DNA from: an uncultured Muribaculaceae bacterium
GTDB lineage: Bacteria; Bacillota_I; Bacilli_A; RF39; UBA660
NCBI GenBank assembly: GCA_964457135.1
Contig: CAYWED010000002.1
Coordinates: 1-40,787 of the forward strand
Direction of reading: 5' to 3'
DNA length: 40,787 nucleotides
Below are positions 7,874 through 17,093 of the stretch, piece by piece. A program made the position numbers and the translations under genes. The notes under the pieces were generated by a model. That model did not search any database. It was not told where the DNA came from and saw only the letters and a program-made list of their open reading frames with translations. How positions within the stretch are numbered: position 1 is the first letter of the stretch; the number at the start of each line of letters is the position of its first letter.

Positions 7874-9106
7874 CTAGTACCCTTTATACATCTTAACAAG
7901 TGACAATAGTTTTTCTCCTTCTTCTTTCATTTCTAGCGAATCTATCTTATTAACTAAACATCTATAACTTATAGTTTCATCATTTCCAATTTGCTTTCCA
8001 TTCATAAAATCTCTAAAATGAGTTAAATTAAAACCAATGCGTCTTAATATATTCTCCGTTTCCTCTTTAGTATATTCATCTTGCTTTTGAACAAAAATAT
8101 AATATAAATCTTTAGGTGTTATTATCTTTAATGCTGGATCGTAAACTATATCATCTTTTTCTAACCAAGAATGTTGATAAAAATAATTTGTTGTTATATT
8201 AAATTCTTGTCTTTGATAAGGAATACCTCCTTGTATTAATTTAAAACTTTCATCAAATAAATTAAACATTATAGATAATTCATAACAACTACATAAAGTA
8301 TTATCAAAGTAGTCTAAGTATATATTGTATTCTTGCTTCATTAAATTACTTATACATTTTGATGTTTTCTTAATATTTTCTAATATCTCTTCATCAATAG
8401 AAGGATGCACTGCAATATTACTACTTTGCAAATAACTTTTCCTTTTTTGTGAAAGAACTTGTCTAAGTTCAGTAAAATCATCAAGCATAAAATGTTCTCT
8501 AATCTCTTTAATTCGTTCTTCATTTAATTCATATTCTTTACTTACATTTTCATTAAACTTTGCTATAATCTTATCTATAAATTTGATAGAAAATTTAGAG
8601 TTTTTGTTTACTCCAAAAATATTAAACAATTTCTTTTCATAAAATTTCAATAAATTATTGTTTTCAATTAAGTAATTCCTAACGTCTTCATTTCTAATTA
8701 CTTTTAACTGCTCAAACATTTTAGAATATATGCTCTCACTTGTAATTACTGCAAGTGAAGGATCAAAAACAACACTTTCATGTTTTAACCAAAAATGAGA
8801 TTTGTTTGTATTTAAATCTATGCCTTCTATAATATCCCAATCTTTATTTATAGATGCAAAAATAAAAACTAAAAGTTCACTCTTCGAATATATATTTTCA
8901 TTATAATCAAATCTATAAAATTTTATGTCTACATTGTCTAGACTTTTTTCTATCTCAGGAATTAGTTTAATATCGTCTTCCAATTTATTTAGTAGATCTC
9001 TATAACTTGTTATAGAAGGATGAATTAATAATCTTAAATTTTCACAAGTGAAAAGAAACTTTTCAGTATGATCTGCTAATATATATCTTAATTTACTTAA
9101 AAGCAT
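7874..9106 (-). CDS. hypothetical protein with an internally duplicated Cys/His/Asp domain
   Basis: GGAGG RBS sits 7 nt before ATG 9106. Two repeats end in HFWLKHESVVFDPSLAVITSESIY and HSWLEKDDIVYDPALKIITPKDLY. Confidence 0.6.
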   Translation of the reverse strand: MLLSKLRYILADHTEKFLFTCENLRLLIHPSITSYRDLLNKLEDDIKLIPEIEKSLDNVDIKFYRFDYNENIYSKSELLVFIFASINKDWDIIEGIDLNTNKSHFWLKHESVVFDPSLAVITSESIYSKMFEQLKVIRNEDVRNYLIENNNLLKFYEKKLFNIFGVNKNSKFSIKFIDKIIAKFNENVSKEYELNEERIKEIREHFMLDDFTELRQVLSQKRKSYLQSSNIAVHPSIDEEILENIKKTSKCISNLMKQEYNIYLDYFDNTLCSCYELSIMFNLFDESFKLIQGGIPYQRQEFNITTNYFYQHSWLEKDDIVYDPALKIITPKDLYYIFVQKQDEYTKEETENILRRIGFNLTHFRDFMNGKQIGNDETISYRCLVNKIDSLEMKEEGEKLLSLVKMYKGY

Positions 9107-9286
9107 AGTAAGTCCTCCAATGGAAGATATTATAACATACCTCTTACAAAAAAGTAACTTAAATTTAATGTCCCTTTTACTTAAAAGAATTGCTATATAA
9201 TAGTAATAGATTGAATAATACGAAATATTGAAACCGTAATATTTTATTAATTTATACATAAAATAATAGTAGAAATTTTTATCATC

Positions 9287-9315
9287 TTGACGTACGTTCT
9301 AAAGTACGTTATAAT
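9287..9315 (+). promoter_or_regulatory. yefM-yoeB promoter with embedded operator
   Basis: TTGACG (9287-9292), 17-nt spacer, TATAAT (9310-9315). Two GTAC cores (9292-9295 and 9304-9307) lie 12 bp apart inside the spacer. Confidence 0.55.
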
Positions 9316-9336
9316 GTATACGAGGTGAAATAAAAT

Positions 9337-9591
9337 ATGAATACTATAAATATTACCAGTGCTAGACAAAATTTGTTCCAATTAGTATCAGATGTAAATA
9401 AAGGATTTAACCCAGTAAATATAATTAATAGCAAAGGTGAAAATGCTGTTTTATTGTCAGAAAGTGATTGGAGAGATATTGAAGAGACAATTTATTTAAA
9501 TTCTATACCAGGATATGTAGACTCTATAAAAGAAGCAAGTAAAGAAGATAGAACTAAGTGTAGTATCTATAAAAAAGGAGAAAAATGGTAG
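9337..9591 (+). CDS. yefM: type II antitoxin, Phd/YefM family
   Basis: MNTINITSARQNLFQLVSDV...AVLLSESDWRDIEETIYL is the canonical YefM N-terminal fold. It overlaps the toxin gene by 7 nt. Confidence 0.85.
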   Translation: MNTINITSARQNLFQLVSDVNKGFNPVNIINSKGENAVLLSESDWRDIEETIYLNSIPGYVDSIKEASKEDRTKCSIYKKGEKW

Positions 9592-9857
9592 AATATACAA
9601 TTATATTTTCAAAAATAGCAGATAAAGATAAAAAATTAATAAAACAAGCAGGTCTTGAAGATAAAACTAAAGATTTATTAGACTTAATTTCAATTAACCC
9701 TTACCAAACTCCACCACTATACGAAAGGTTAAAAGGTAATTTAAATGGATACTTTTCAAGAAGAATTAGTTATCAACATAGATTAGTTTATGAGGTTGAC
9801 GAAACTAAAAAAGAAATTTTTATTTTAAGAATGTGGTCGCATTACGAAAAATTATAA
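9585..9857 (+). CDS. yoeB: type II toxin, YoeB/Txe family mRNA interferase
   Basis: GYFSRRISYQHRLVYEVDETKKEIFILRMWSHYE matches the YoeB C-terminal catalytic region. Confidence 0.85.
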   Translation: MVEYTIIFSKIADKDKKLIKQAGLEDKTKDLLDLISINPYQTPPLYERLKGNLNGYFSRRISYQHRLVYEVDETKKEIFILRMWSHYEKL

Positions 9858-9891
9858 TTAAAAATATTTATGAATAAATTACGTTATTTAA

Positions 9892-9920
9892 GGTAGAATC
9901 ATCAGATATCTACTTTTTTT
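9892..9920 (+). terminator. terminator after yoeB
   Basis: GTAGA (9893-9897) pairs with TCTAC (9909-9913) and is followed by T7. Confidence 0.4.
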
Positions 9921-10019
9921 CTAGACAATTAGTTATTAACAAAACACATATACTTTCTTTTACATATTAATATTAAACCAAAAACATGATATACTTAATT
10001 TAAGAAAGAGTAGGTTTAA

Positions 10020-10484
10020 ATGAAAAAAATAATAGAAATAGATATATTAGATAGAAAAGAATTAACAGAAAAATATAATAATCATAAATTATCAAAAGAG
10101 TTAATGAATTATATCATTGATGAGTCATCGTTCATAATGAAAAAAGATGAAATAAAAATAATAATAAACACGAAAAACAATACCGATGGAGAATATATTA
10201 AAATAATAACTGAAGGACTAAAAGAAGAATATAGAAAAAGTTTAAAAATATACCACCTAACTAACATTAAGCAACTATGTCTTCTTATATTAGGAATAAT
10301 ATTTTTATTTCTATCAACTTTAGTAAAAGAAGAATCAATATGGAATGAAATACTACTAATCGGTGGATGGGTACCAATATGGGAAACTTTAGAAATTGAA
10401 TTAATCGGCGACTTAGAAGGAAAAAGAAAAAGGACTATTTTAAAAAAACTACTAAAAAGCGAAATAATCGAAAAACAAATATAA
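10020..10484 (+). CDS. hypothetical membrane protein
   Basis: 154-aa ORF with two C-terminal hydrophobic helices. Confidence 0.5.
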   Translation: MKKIIEIDILDRKELTEKYNNHKLSKELMNYIIDESSFIMKKDEIKIIINTKNNTDGEYIKIITEGLKEEYRKSLKIYHLTNIKQLCLLILGIIFLFLSTLVKEESIWNEILLIGGWVPIWETLEIELIGDLEGKRKRTILKKLLKSEIIEKQI

Positions 10485-10528
10485 AATAGTAACCAAAAAT
10501 GATATAATACCACCAAGGATGTGAAAAA

Positions 10529-11638
10529 ATGAAAGAAAAAAATGAAATAAAAAAATATATGTTTCTAATATTGTTCGCTATACTTACATTTTTTGCTATA
10601 AACAATATAAAAGGGGTATTAGAAATAATTGAATCAATATTTATCGTAATGTTACCATTTATTCTAGGATTAGTAATAGCTTTTATATTAAATATTCCTA
10701 TGGTAAAAATAGAAAAATTACTAAATAAAAAACTAAAAAACAAAAGAATAGTTAGAACTATATCTATAATATTATCTCTATCAATATTTATATTAATAAT
10801 TGGCTCAGTTTCATTTCTATTAATACCAGAACTAATAGAAAGTATAAAGTCGTTAATAACTAACATACCAAGTTTAGTAAATACTGTAGAAGAATCAGTC
10901 TTAAACTTACTTAAAAGTCATAAAGACGTCCAAATTGAAATACAAAACCTCTTTAATAACATAGACACAAGTAAAATACTTTCAAATATTTTAAACTACA
11001 TAGTAAATGGTTCACTAGGTTTTATTAGTAGTTTCATTTCAAGTATAATAACAATATTTATGTCTATAGTATTTGCAATATATATGCTATCACAAAAAGA
11101 ATATCTTATAAACGGATTTAAAAAAGTATTAAAAGCCTATCTAAAAAAAGAAACAGTAGATAAAATATTGGATATTTGTGAATTATTTAATCGCACATTT
11201 TCTAAATTCATATCAGGTCAATGTCTAGATGCAGTAATATTAGGCTTTATGTTATTTATAGTACTAACTTTATTTAAATTTCCATATGCTCTTATAATAT
11301 CAGTTTTAACAACAATAACTGCACTTATTCCAATATTTGGAGCATTTATTGCTATGACAGTAGGCACAATTCTTATTGGAATTACGAGTCCATTTGAAGC
11401 ATTATTATTTATACTAATTTTCTTTAGTGTACAGCAAATAGAAGAGTATTTCGTTTATCCAAAAGTAGTAGGCTCATCAGTTGGACTCTCATCTCTTTGG
11501 ACACTACTTGCAATAACAGTAGGTGGAAATATGTTCGGTGTAGTAGGAATGCTTATAGGTCTTCCAATTGCATCTATTATTTATTCACTATTTAGGAGTA
11601 ATGTTAACACAAGACTTAAACAAAAAGGTGTATCATAG
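10529..11638 (+). CDS. AI-2E family transporter (PerM/UPF0118)
   Basis: Multi-pass protein. ITALIPIFGAFIAM ... VQQIEEYFVYPKVVGSSVGLSSLWTLLAI is typical of the family. Confidence 0.8.
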   Translation: MKEKNEIKKYMFLILFAILTFFAINNIKGVLEIIESIFIVMLPFILGLVIAFILNIPMVKIEKLLNKKLKNKRIVRTISIILSLSIFILIIGSVSFLLIPELIESIKSLITNIPSLVNTVEESVLNLLKSHKDVQIEIQNLFNNIDTSKILSNILNYIVNGSLGFISSFISSIITIFMSIVFAIYMLSQKEYLINGFKKVLKAYLKKETVDKILDICELFNRTFSKFISGQCLDAVILGFMLFIVLTLFKFPYALIISVLTTITALIPIFGAFIAMTVGTILIGITSPFEALLFILIFFSVQQIEEYFVYPKVVGSSVGLSSLWTLLAITVGGNMFGVVGMLIGLPIASIIYSLFRSNVNTRLKQKGVS

Positions 11639-11734
11639 AACTGATATACTTTTTATTTACCACAAAAACATAGAAAAATATTTTCTTTGAAAAACATAAA
11701 GTTAATGCTATAATCAAAGTAGGGAGGTTAATAA

Positions 11735-12586
11735 ATGACAAAAGGAGACATTTACACAAAAGAAATTTTAAAAAGAATATTAGAAGAGGGTTGTTTAGAC
11801 ATTGATCCAAGACCACATTATATAGATGGAACACCAGCACATACATTAAGTGTTAATCATGGAATGTGCACATATGATTTAACAAAACATGAAACTCCAC
11901 TTATAACACTTAGACCAATTGCTACTAAATCAAGTATAGGAGAATTACTATGGATATATCAAGATGAATCAAATGACTTAAATTTACTTAGAGATAAATA
12001 TGGTGTAACTTGGTGGGATGAATGGGATATAGGAAATAGAACCATAGGTACAGTTTATGGTGAAACTGTAAGAAGACATAAACTAATGAAAAATCTTTTA
12101 GAAGGATTAAAAAATAATCCAGATGGAAGACGACATATGATAAATCTTTGGCAAGAAGAAGATTTTAAAGAAAAACACGGATTAAAACCTTGTGCATTTT
12201 TAACAGAATGGAATGTAAGACATGGACAAGACGGAATAGATTACTTAGATATGTGTTTAACTCAAAGATCAAGCGATTTTTGTACAGCAGGATGTATTAA
12301 TCAAGTACAGTATTTAGTGTTTTTACATTTAGTCGCAAGACACCTAAATTTAACACCAGGAAGATTTACATGGTTTTACAATAATATACAAATTTATAAC
12401 CGACATATGGAGCAAGCAAAAGAACTTATTTCTAGAGAAAGTATAGAATGTACACCTGAAATTGTTTTAAATGAAGATGTTCATGACTTTTATGACTTTA
12501 CTGTTGACGATATACAAATAAAAGGCTATCCAAGAAAATTAATAAAAGAAAAAAATCCACAAATGAAATTTGAGATAGGTATTTAA
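11735..12586 (+). CDS. thyA: thymidylate synthase (B. subtilis ThyA type)
   Basis: Contains DGTPAHTLSV, RRHMINLWQEED and LKPCAFLTEWNV. folA is immediately downstream. Confidence 0.9.
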   Translation: MTKGDIYTKEILKRILEEGCLDIDPRPHYIDGTPAHTLSVNHGMCTYDLTKHETPLITLRPIATKSSIGELLWIYQDESNDLNLLRDKYGVTWWDEWDIGNRTIGTVYGETVRRHKLMKNLLEGLKNNPDGRRHMINLWQEEDFKEKHGLKPCAFLTEWNVRHGQDGIDYLDMCLTQRSSDFCTAGCINQVQYLVFLHLVARHLNLTPGRFTWFYNNIQIYNRHMEQAKELISRESIECTPEIVLNEDVHDFYDFTVDDIQIKGYPRKLIKEKNPQMKFEIGI

Positions 12587-12591
12587 TAAAA

Positions 12592-13071
12592 ATGACTGAA
12601 TTTACTATAATAGCCTGTATCGGAAAAAATTATGAACTAGGAAACAATGGTGATTTAATCTATCACATAAAAGAAGACTTAAATTTTTTTAGAAACTACA
12701 CTAATGGAAAGAAAATAGTCATGGGAATGAAGACATTTAAATCACTCCCTAAACTACTTCCAAATAGAACTCATATAGTATTAACAAGACAAAATATTAC
12801 ATTGCCAGAATTAACAGTTTTACATAGTATCGAAGAAGCATATAATTATCTAAAACTATTTGATGAAGAAATAATGATAATAGGAGGCTCTTCAATATAT
12901 AAAGAATTTTTGAGATATGCTAGTAAAATGATATTGACAGAAGTTGAAAGTGAAGAAGAAGCAGATACTTACTTTCCTAGGTTTAATAAAGAAGAATGGA
13001 ATACAGAAATAATAAACATTAATAGTTCAAATGCTCCAAAATACAAAAGATTAGTTTATACAAGAAAATAA
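12592..13071 (+). CDS. folA: dihydrofolate reductase
   Basis: 159 aa. Contains IACIGKNYELGNNGDLIYHIKEDLNFFR and IMIIGGSSIYKEF. Confidence 0.85.
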   Translation: MTEFTIIACIGKNYELGNNGDLIYHIKEDLNFFRNYTNGKKIVMGMKTFKSLPKLLPNRTHIVLTRQNITLPELTVLHSIEEAYNYLKLFDEEIMIIGGSSIYKEFLRYASKMILTEVESEEEADTYFPRFNKEEWNTEIININSSNAPKYKRLVYTRK

Positions 13072-13106
13072 GTAAGACTAAAAAAATTGAAATCTTACTT
13101 TTTTCT
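13070..13106 (+). terminator. terminator after folA
   Basis: AAGTAAGA (13070-13077) pairs with TCTTACTT (13093-13100), followed by a T run. Confidence 0.6.
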
Positions 13107-13184
13107 TTCTGTAAAGTCATGTAAAAAAATATTCATAAAATATATGTATTTTGATAAAATTGAATTAGATATGGAGGGTAAATA

Positions 13185-14372
13185 ATGAGTAGAGTAGGAA
13201 CAATAGCAAGAGGGATTAAAACTGGAGTAATAAAAGAAGGAGACAACCTAGTAGAAATCACAGTTAATAGTGTAATAGAAGCAAGCAAAGAAGAAGGGTT
13301 TGAATTACAAGATAAAGATATAGTTGCTATAACTGAAGCAGTAGTAGGAATAAGTAGTGGCAATTATGTAACAGTAGATGATATAGCCGAGGACACTAAA
13401 AGAAAATTCAAAAGTCGTCACATAGGAATAGTATATCCAATATTAAGTAGAAATCGCTTTGCAGTTTTATTAAGTGCATTTGCAAGGAGCATGGATAAAA
13501 TAACAATGTTACTTAGTTATCCAAGTGATGAGGTAGGTAATGACATACTAGACAAAGAAAGACTAAGAGAATTAAACATACCACTTTCTAACTATGTAAT
13601 GAGTGAAAGCGAGTACACAGATAAATTTGGTGATTGGCGTCACATTTTCACAGGTGTAAACATGGTGGATTTTTATAGAGATTTAGCTAAGTCAGAAAAT
13701 TGTGAAATAGAATTTGTATTTTCAAACAATCCTGAAACAATACTAGACTATACTAAAGAAGTATTATGTGCAGACATTCACACAAGAGGTGAAACAAAAA
13801 AAATAATAAAAGACAAAGGTGCTACTACAGTACTTGGTTTAGATGACATAATGACCGAAAGTCTAAATGGTAGTGGATATAACGAAAAATATGGACTTTT
13901 AGGAAGTAACCGCGCTACTGAAGAAAAAGTAAAACTATTTCCAAGAAACTGCCAAGAATTAGTAGAAAAAATACAAAATAGATTTAAAGAATTAACTGGT
14001 AAGTCTTTAGAGGTAATGGTATATGGTGATGGTGCTTTCAAAGATCCAGTAGGCCACATTTGGGAATTAGCTGACCCTGTAGTAAGTCCAGGATATACAA
14101 GTGGACTAGTTGGTAGTCCTAACGAATTAAAACTAAAATACCTAAGCGATAACAAATTTAGTAACTTAAAAGGCGAAGAACTAAATGAAGCAATAAAACA
14201 TGAAATAAAAGAAAAACAAAAAGACTTAAAAGGAACAATAGAAACTCAAGGAACAACACCAAGAAGATACACAGACCTTATAGGCTCACTATGTGACTTA
14301 ACAAGTGGTAGTGGAGATAAAGGAACACCAGTAGTTCTAGTACAAAATTATTTCAAAAATTTTGCAGACTAA
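13185..14372 (+). CDS. CofE-like (F420-0:gamma-glutamyl ligase family) protein
   Basis: The N-terminus GVIKEGDNLVEITVNSV...LQDKDIVAITEAVVGISSGN resembles the CofE/FbiB ligase fold. This is a family-level guess. Confidence 0.45.
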   Translation: MSRVGTIARGIKTGVIKEGDNLVEITVNSVIEASKEEGFELQDKDIVAITEAVVGISSGNYVTVDDIAEDTKRKFKSRHIGIVYPILSRNRFAVLLSAFARSMDKITMLLSYPSDEVGNDILDKERLRELNIPLSNYVMSESEYTDKFGDWRHIFTGVNMVDFYRDLAKSENCEIEFVFSNNPETILDYTKEVLCADIHTRGETKKIIKDKGATTVLGLDDIMTESLNGSGYNEKYGLLGSNRATEEKVKLFPRNCQELVEKIQNRFKELTGKSLEVMVYGDGAFKDPVGHIWELADPVVSPGYTSGLVGSPNELKLKYLSDNKFSNLKGEELNEAIKHEIKEKQKDLKGTIETQGTTPRRYTDLIGSLCDLTSGSGDKGTPVVLVQNYFKNFAD

Positions 14373-14403
14373 AAAAGAGACTAACTAATCAAAGTCTCTT
14401 TTC
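14373..14403. terminator. bidirectional terminator between convergent genes
   Basis: AAAGAGACT (14374-14382) pairs with AGTCTCTTT (14393-14401), with A and T runs on either side. Confidence 0.55.
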
Positions 14404-15508
14404 ATTTACCTAAAAGTTTATTAGTAAGTTCAAAAATTTTTTTAACAGATTCATTATCATCAAGTTTAAGTAACTTATTCCTCATAGAATTAACTAAAAA
14501 AGGATAATTCAAAAATATTTTAACTCTTCTTGCTAAAGCATGTGAACCTCTAACTTTCACTCCATAATGACTTTTCACTATATATTTAGCATTAATAAAT
14601 TCTTTTTTACAAACGCCAGGAATTAAAATAACTGGTTTCTTCATTTCTATACATTCATTTAATGTTTTGCTTCCAGGCTTAGTAATAACTACATCACTCA
14701 CATTAAGTAAATTATCTATATCTTTAGAAAACCCAAGAACTAAAACATTCATAATATTATTCTTTAAAATAAAATTTTCACACTTAACTTTTAATTCTTT
14801 ATTATTACCTGCAATAAAAACAATATCAATAGGGTAGTTTCTCATTACTAACACTCTAAAATAATCAAAAACGTAATCATATCCATAACTTCCACCACCA
14901 AAAAACAAATAAATAGGTCTTTCTCCAGATAAACTATATCTTTTTACTACCAAATCCTTACTAAGAAGATTATTAGAAATTCCTCTATTAATAGGAATAC
15001 CAAAAGAAAAAATCTTTTTAGAATTTACTTGATACTTAATCATCTCATTTTTAACAATATCATTTTGTACTACATAAGCATCAACATCTCCGTGATTAAT
15101 AGTCCACAAATCTAAATGACTAGAACCACTTATAACTGTTAAATTTTTAGAATGAATAACATTGGTACTATTATAAAAAGATACAATATAACTAGCATAA
15201 AAATGAGTAGAAATAACAATATCAGGATTAATCTCTTTAAATATATTTCTTAAGTTTTCACTATCAAATAACTTAATACAATAGTTAACATCACCCTTAT
15301 TAGATATCTTATTATTTAAAATATTATAGAAAAGATTATTATTTTTAAAAAAACTACTTAATTTTCTCTTTTCATTACAATAATCACTTATATTTAAAAT
15401 AGTTACATCAAAATTACTCTTATTTTCAAAATAATCTTTAATATATTCTGCTACTGACCTATATCCAAATCCATAATCAGCATAACATATCATTACTTTC
15501 TTTTTCAT
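14402..15508 (-). CDS. GT28 diacylglycerol glycosyltransferase (UgtP/MGDG-synthase-like)
   Basis: MKKKVMICYADYGFGYRSVAE and VITKPGSKTLNECIEMKKPVILIPGVCKKEFINAKY parallel B. subtilis UgtP. ATG 15508 has an upstream AGAGGGA RBS. Confidence 0.7.
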   Translation of the reverse strand: MKKKVMICYADYGFGYRSVAEYIKDYFENKSNFDVTILNISDYCNEKRKLSSFFKNNNLFYNILNNKISNKGDVNYCIKLFDSENLRNIFKEINPDIVISTHFYASYIVSFYNSTNVIHSKNLTVISGSSHLDLWTINHGDVDAYVVQNDIVKNEMIKYQVNSKKIFSFGIPINRGISNNLLSKDLVVKRYSLSGERPIYLFFGGGSYGYDYVFDYFRVLVMRNYPIDIVFIAGNNKELKVKCENFILKNNIMNVLVLGFSKDIDNLLNVSDVVITKPGSKTLNECIEMKKPVILIPGVCKKEFINAKYIVKSHYGVKVRGSHALARRVKIFLNYPFLVNSMRNKLLKLDDNESVKKIFELTNKLLGK

Positions 15509-15586
15509 CCTTATCCCTCTAATATAATTATAAACTAAAAGTCTCAAAATAAATAGTTCTATTTTTTCAACGTCAATTAAAATTAT

Positions 15587-17076
15587 GATATCCGAAATGG
15601 TATAAAATTTAAATTTGGATATCCGAAATTAAAAAAATACCCAATACACACCTTTATAGTACAATATTTTTGTTCAGAAAATTAGACTAAAGGAGGTATG
15701 TATATGGGTCGTAATTATTCTAACAAAAATTTATCTAGTTTGGAACTAGGTAATATTGAATTTTATTTAAATGAAGGAAAGGGTTATAGTGAAATTGGTA
15801 GACTACTAGATAAAGATGAAAGTACTATACGTAAGGAAGTAAAAAAGTATTCTTCTTACTTTGGTAGTCATAGAAAATGCTCGAACTGTCTTAACAAAGA
15901 TAATTGTCACGAGAAATATTTATGTGAAAGAATAGTAGACAAAATAAGGTGTTCCCAATGTAAATATTGTACTCATACAGTCAAGATTTGTCCCAACTAT
16001 AAGGTTAATATTGACTGTGAATTACTTAAGAAAAATCATCATGTTTGTAATGGGTGTGAATTATATCTTAAGTGTAGTAAAGTCAAAATTAAATATCATG
16101 CTCAAACTGCTATTAAGATGCATGATGCTGTTCAAAGAGTATCTAGGATTGATATTAAACTTGATAAATTTCCAGATGAATTTAAAGATTATATATCAGA
16201 TAGAATTAAGTATGGTATATCTCCAGATGTTACTTTAAACACTCTTTCCAAAAGATTTAAGATGTTTAAAATATCTACTCCTACTCTTTATGATTGGATA
16301 AACAAAGGCTTATTAAACTGTTGTAATATGGACTTAAGAAACAAAGTTTCAAGAGTTAGATATGGAAGTAATACTATTAAAAGAAATACTGTTAAAGGAC
16401 ATCAATTAAATGGTAGAAGCATAGAAGATTTATCACAAGAAGAGAGAGATAATAGACCATTAGGTATTGCTGAGTTTGATACTGTTGAAGGTATTAAAGG
16501 TGGCGAGTTATTATTTACTATTATGATACCTTGTTTTTCTTTAATGTTAGCATTTAAAATCGAAAGAAAAACACAAGAAGAAATAATTAGACAATTAGAT
16601 ATATTAGAAAGAAAATTAGTGAGATATTTTTATATACTATTTAAAAAAGTAATACCTGATAATGGAGTTGAATTTCTTGATTTTAAAGGACTTGAAAAAT
16701 CTATATTTAAATTATTAGATAAACGTTTAGAGATACACTATACTCACACTTATTCATCTTATGAGAAACCACATATCGAAAACAATCACATATTACTTAG
16801 ATGGCTAATTAAAAAGGGTTATGACATAACTTTATTATCAGCCGATGACATATTAGACATAATTAATAGACTTAATAATTATCCTAGGCCTAAGAAAGGT
16901 TATAGAACTCCGTTACAAATGTTAGAAGATAGCCTTGGTAGTGAAATATTAGAAATGTTAAATCTTTATCATATTCCAATAGAAAAGTTAAATATGAAAG
17001 ATATGAGAATCAAAAAGCAAGAGATTTAATATTTTTCTCTTGTTTTTTAAAATTCGGATTTCCATTTCGGATTTCC
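15587..17076 (+). mobile_element. IS30-family insertion sequence
   Basis: Left end GATATCCGAAATGG (15587-15600) and right end CCATTTCGGATTTCC (17062-17076) are inverted copies sharing an 11-nt core (ATCCGAAATGG). Each end also carries a second inner copy (15617-15630 and 17051-17061). One DDE transposase gene lies inside. Confidence 0.75.
15704..17029 (+). CDS. IS30-family DDE transposase
   Basis: AGGAGG sits 7 nt before ATG 15704. DDE context: AEFDTVEG ... PDNGVEF ... HIENNHILLRW, then YPRPKKGYRTPLQML. A Cys-rich segment lies near the N-terminus. Confidence 0.85.
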   Translation: MGRNYSNKNLSSLELGNIEFYLNEGKGYSEIGRLLDKDESTIRKEVKKYSSYFGSHRKCSNCLNKDNCHEKYLCERIVDKIRCSQCKYCTHTVKICPNYKVNIDCELLKKNHHVCNGCELYLKCSKVKIKYHAQTAIKMHDAVQRVSRIDIKLDKFPDEFKDYISDRIKYGISPDVTLNTLSKRFKMFKISTPTLYDWINKGLLNCCNMDLRNKVSRVRYGSNTIKRNTVKGHQLNGRSIEDLSQEERDNRPLGIAEFDTVEGIKGGELLFTIMIPCFSLMLAFKIERKTQEEIIRQLDILERKLVRYFYILFKKVIPDNGVEFLDFKGLEKSIFKLLDKRLEIHYTHTYSSYEKPHIENNHILLRWLIKKGYDITLLSADDILDIINRLNNYPRPKKGYRTPLQMLEDSLGSEILEMLNLYHIPIEKLNMKDMRIKKQEI

Positions 17077-17093
17077 TAACTTAAATTAACCTT

